From positions 1,560,001 through 1,592,000 of the forward strand of contig NZ_CP042911.1 of assembly GCF_008065095.1 (NCBI RefSeq): a stretch of DNA of 32,000 nucleotides, read 5' to 3'. Of this stretch, positions 31,249 to 32,000 are shown one piece after another. The DNA comes from Gemmata obscuriglobus. GTDB taxonomy: Bacteria > Planctomycetota > Planctomycetia > Gemmatales > Gemmataceae. The stretch's first letter is position 1. Each line of letters starts with the position of its first letter. The notes under the pieces are model-generated. The model had not been told where the DNA came from. It worked only from the letters and a program-made list of their open reading frames with translations, and searched no databases. Made by a program: the position numbers and the translations under genes.

Positions 31249-32000
<752 letters not shown>

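Overview
This is a 32-kb, very GC-rich bacterial chromosomal window; hand-counted flanking lines are about 70% G+C. The gene content looks like Planctomycetota, probably a Gemmata-like lineage. That is an inference from four things: an ECF sigma factor fused to a membrane and extracytoplasmic extension, an FHA/coiled-coil/kinase-like giant protein, a ~120-aa lipocalin-like secreted protein of the type expanded in Gemmata, and dense palindromic micro-repeats. Contents from left to right: (1) hflC (5' partial) and an hflK-like SPFH gene. (2) A ~1.1-kb decayed zone with structured non-coding DNA, a 5'-truncated SpoU/TrmH fragment and a 3'-truncated zinc-ribbon ORF. (3) A C-terminally extended ECF sigma factor, then an IS66-like transposase relic. 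(4) A secreted WD40-like protein and a GAF-PAS-PAS hybrid histidine kinase. (5) A ~1.2-kb low-GC insertion with one orphan ORF, bracketed by imperfect direct repeats. (6) A same-strand array of five small orphan genes (three multi-pass membrane proteins, a Sel1-repeat protein, a helical orphan) that mostly share a GAGGGC..GTG initiation context. (7) A lipocalin-like gene and a class-II-type UvrA paralog lacking the UvrB-binding insert. (8) A 1288-aa protein made of an FHA domain, a ~750-aa coiled coil and a pseudokinase. (9) A D-2-hydroxyacid dehydrogenase. (10) The most notable locus: a translationally coupled operon of dabA (DUF2309), dabB (NuoL-like) and an extra degenerate NuoM/N-like gene. 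It is preceded by a palindromic sigma-54-type -24/-12 element and lies divergent from an NtrB/NtrC-type two-component system whose activator gene is 3' partial. Two families of MITE/REP-like palindromic elements, built from tandem 9-mers (rACAGGATn) or 7-mers (CArGTTC), occupy several intergenic regions. I found no rRNA, tRNA or CRISPR array. Most long ORFs in the supplied track that lie antisense to these genes are high-GC shadow ORFs.
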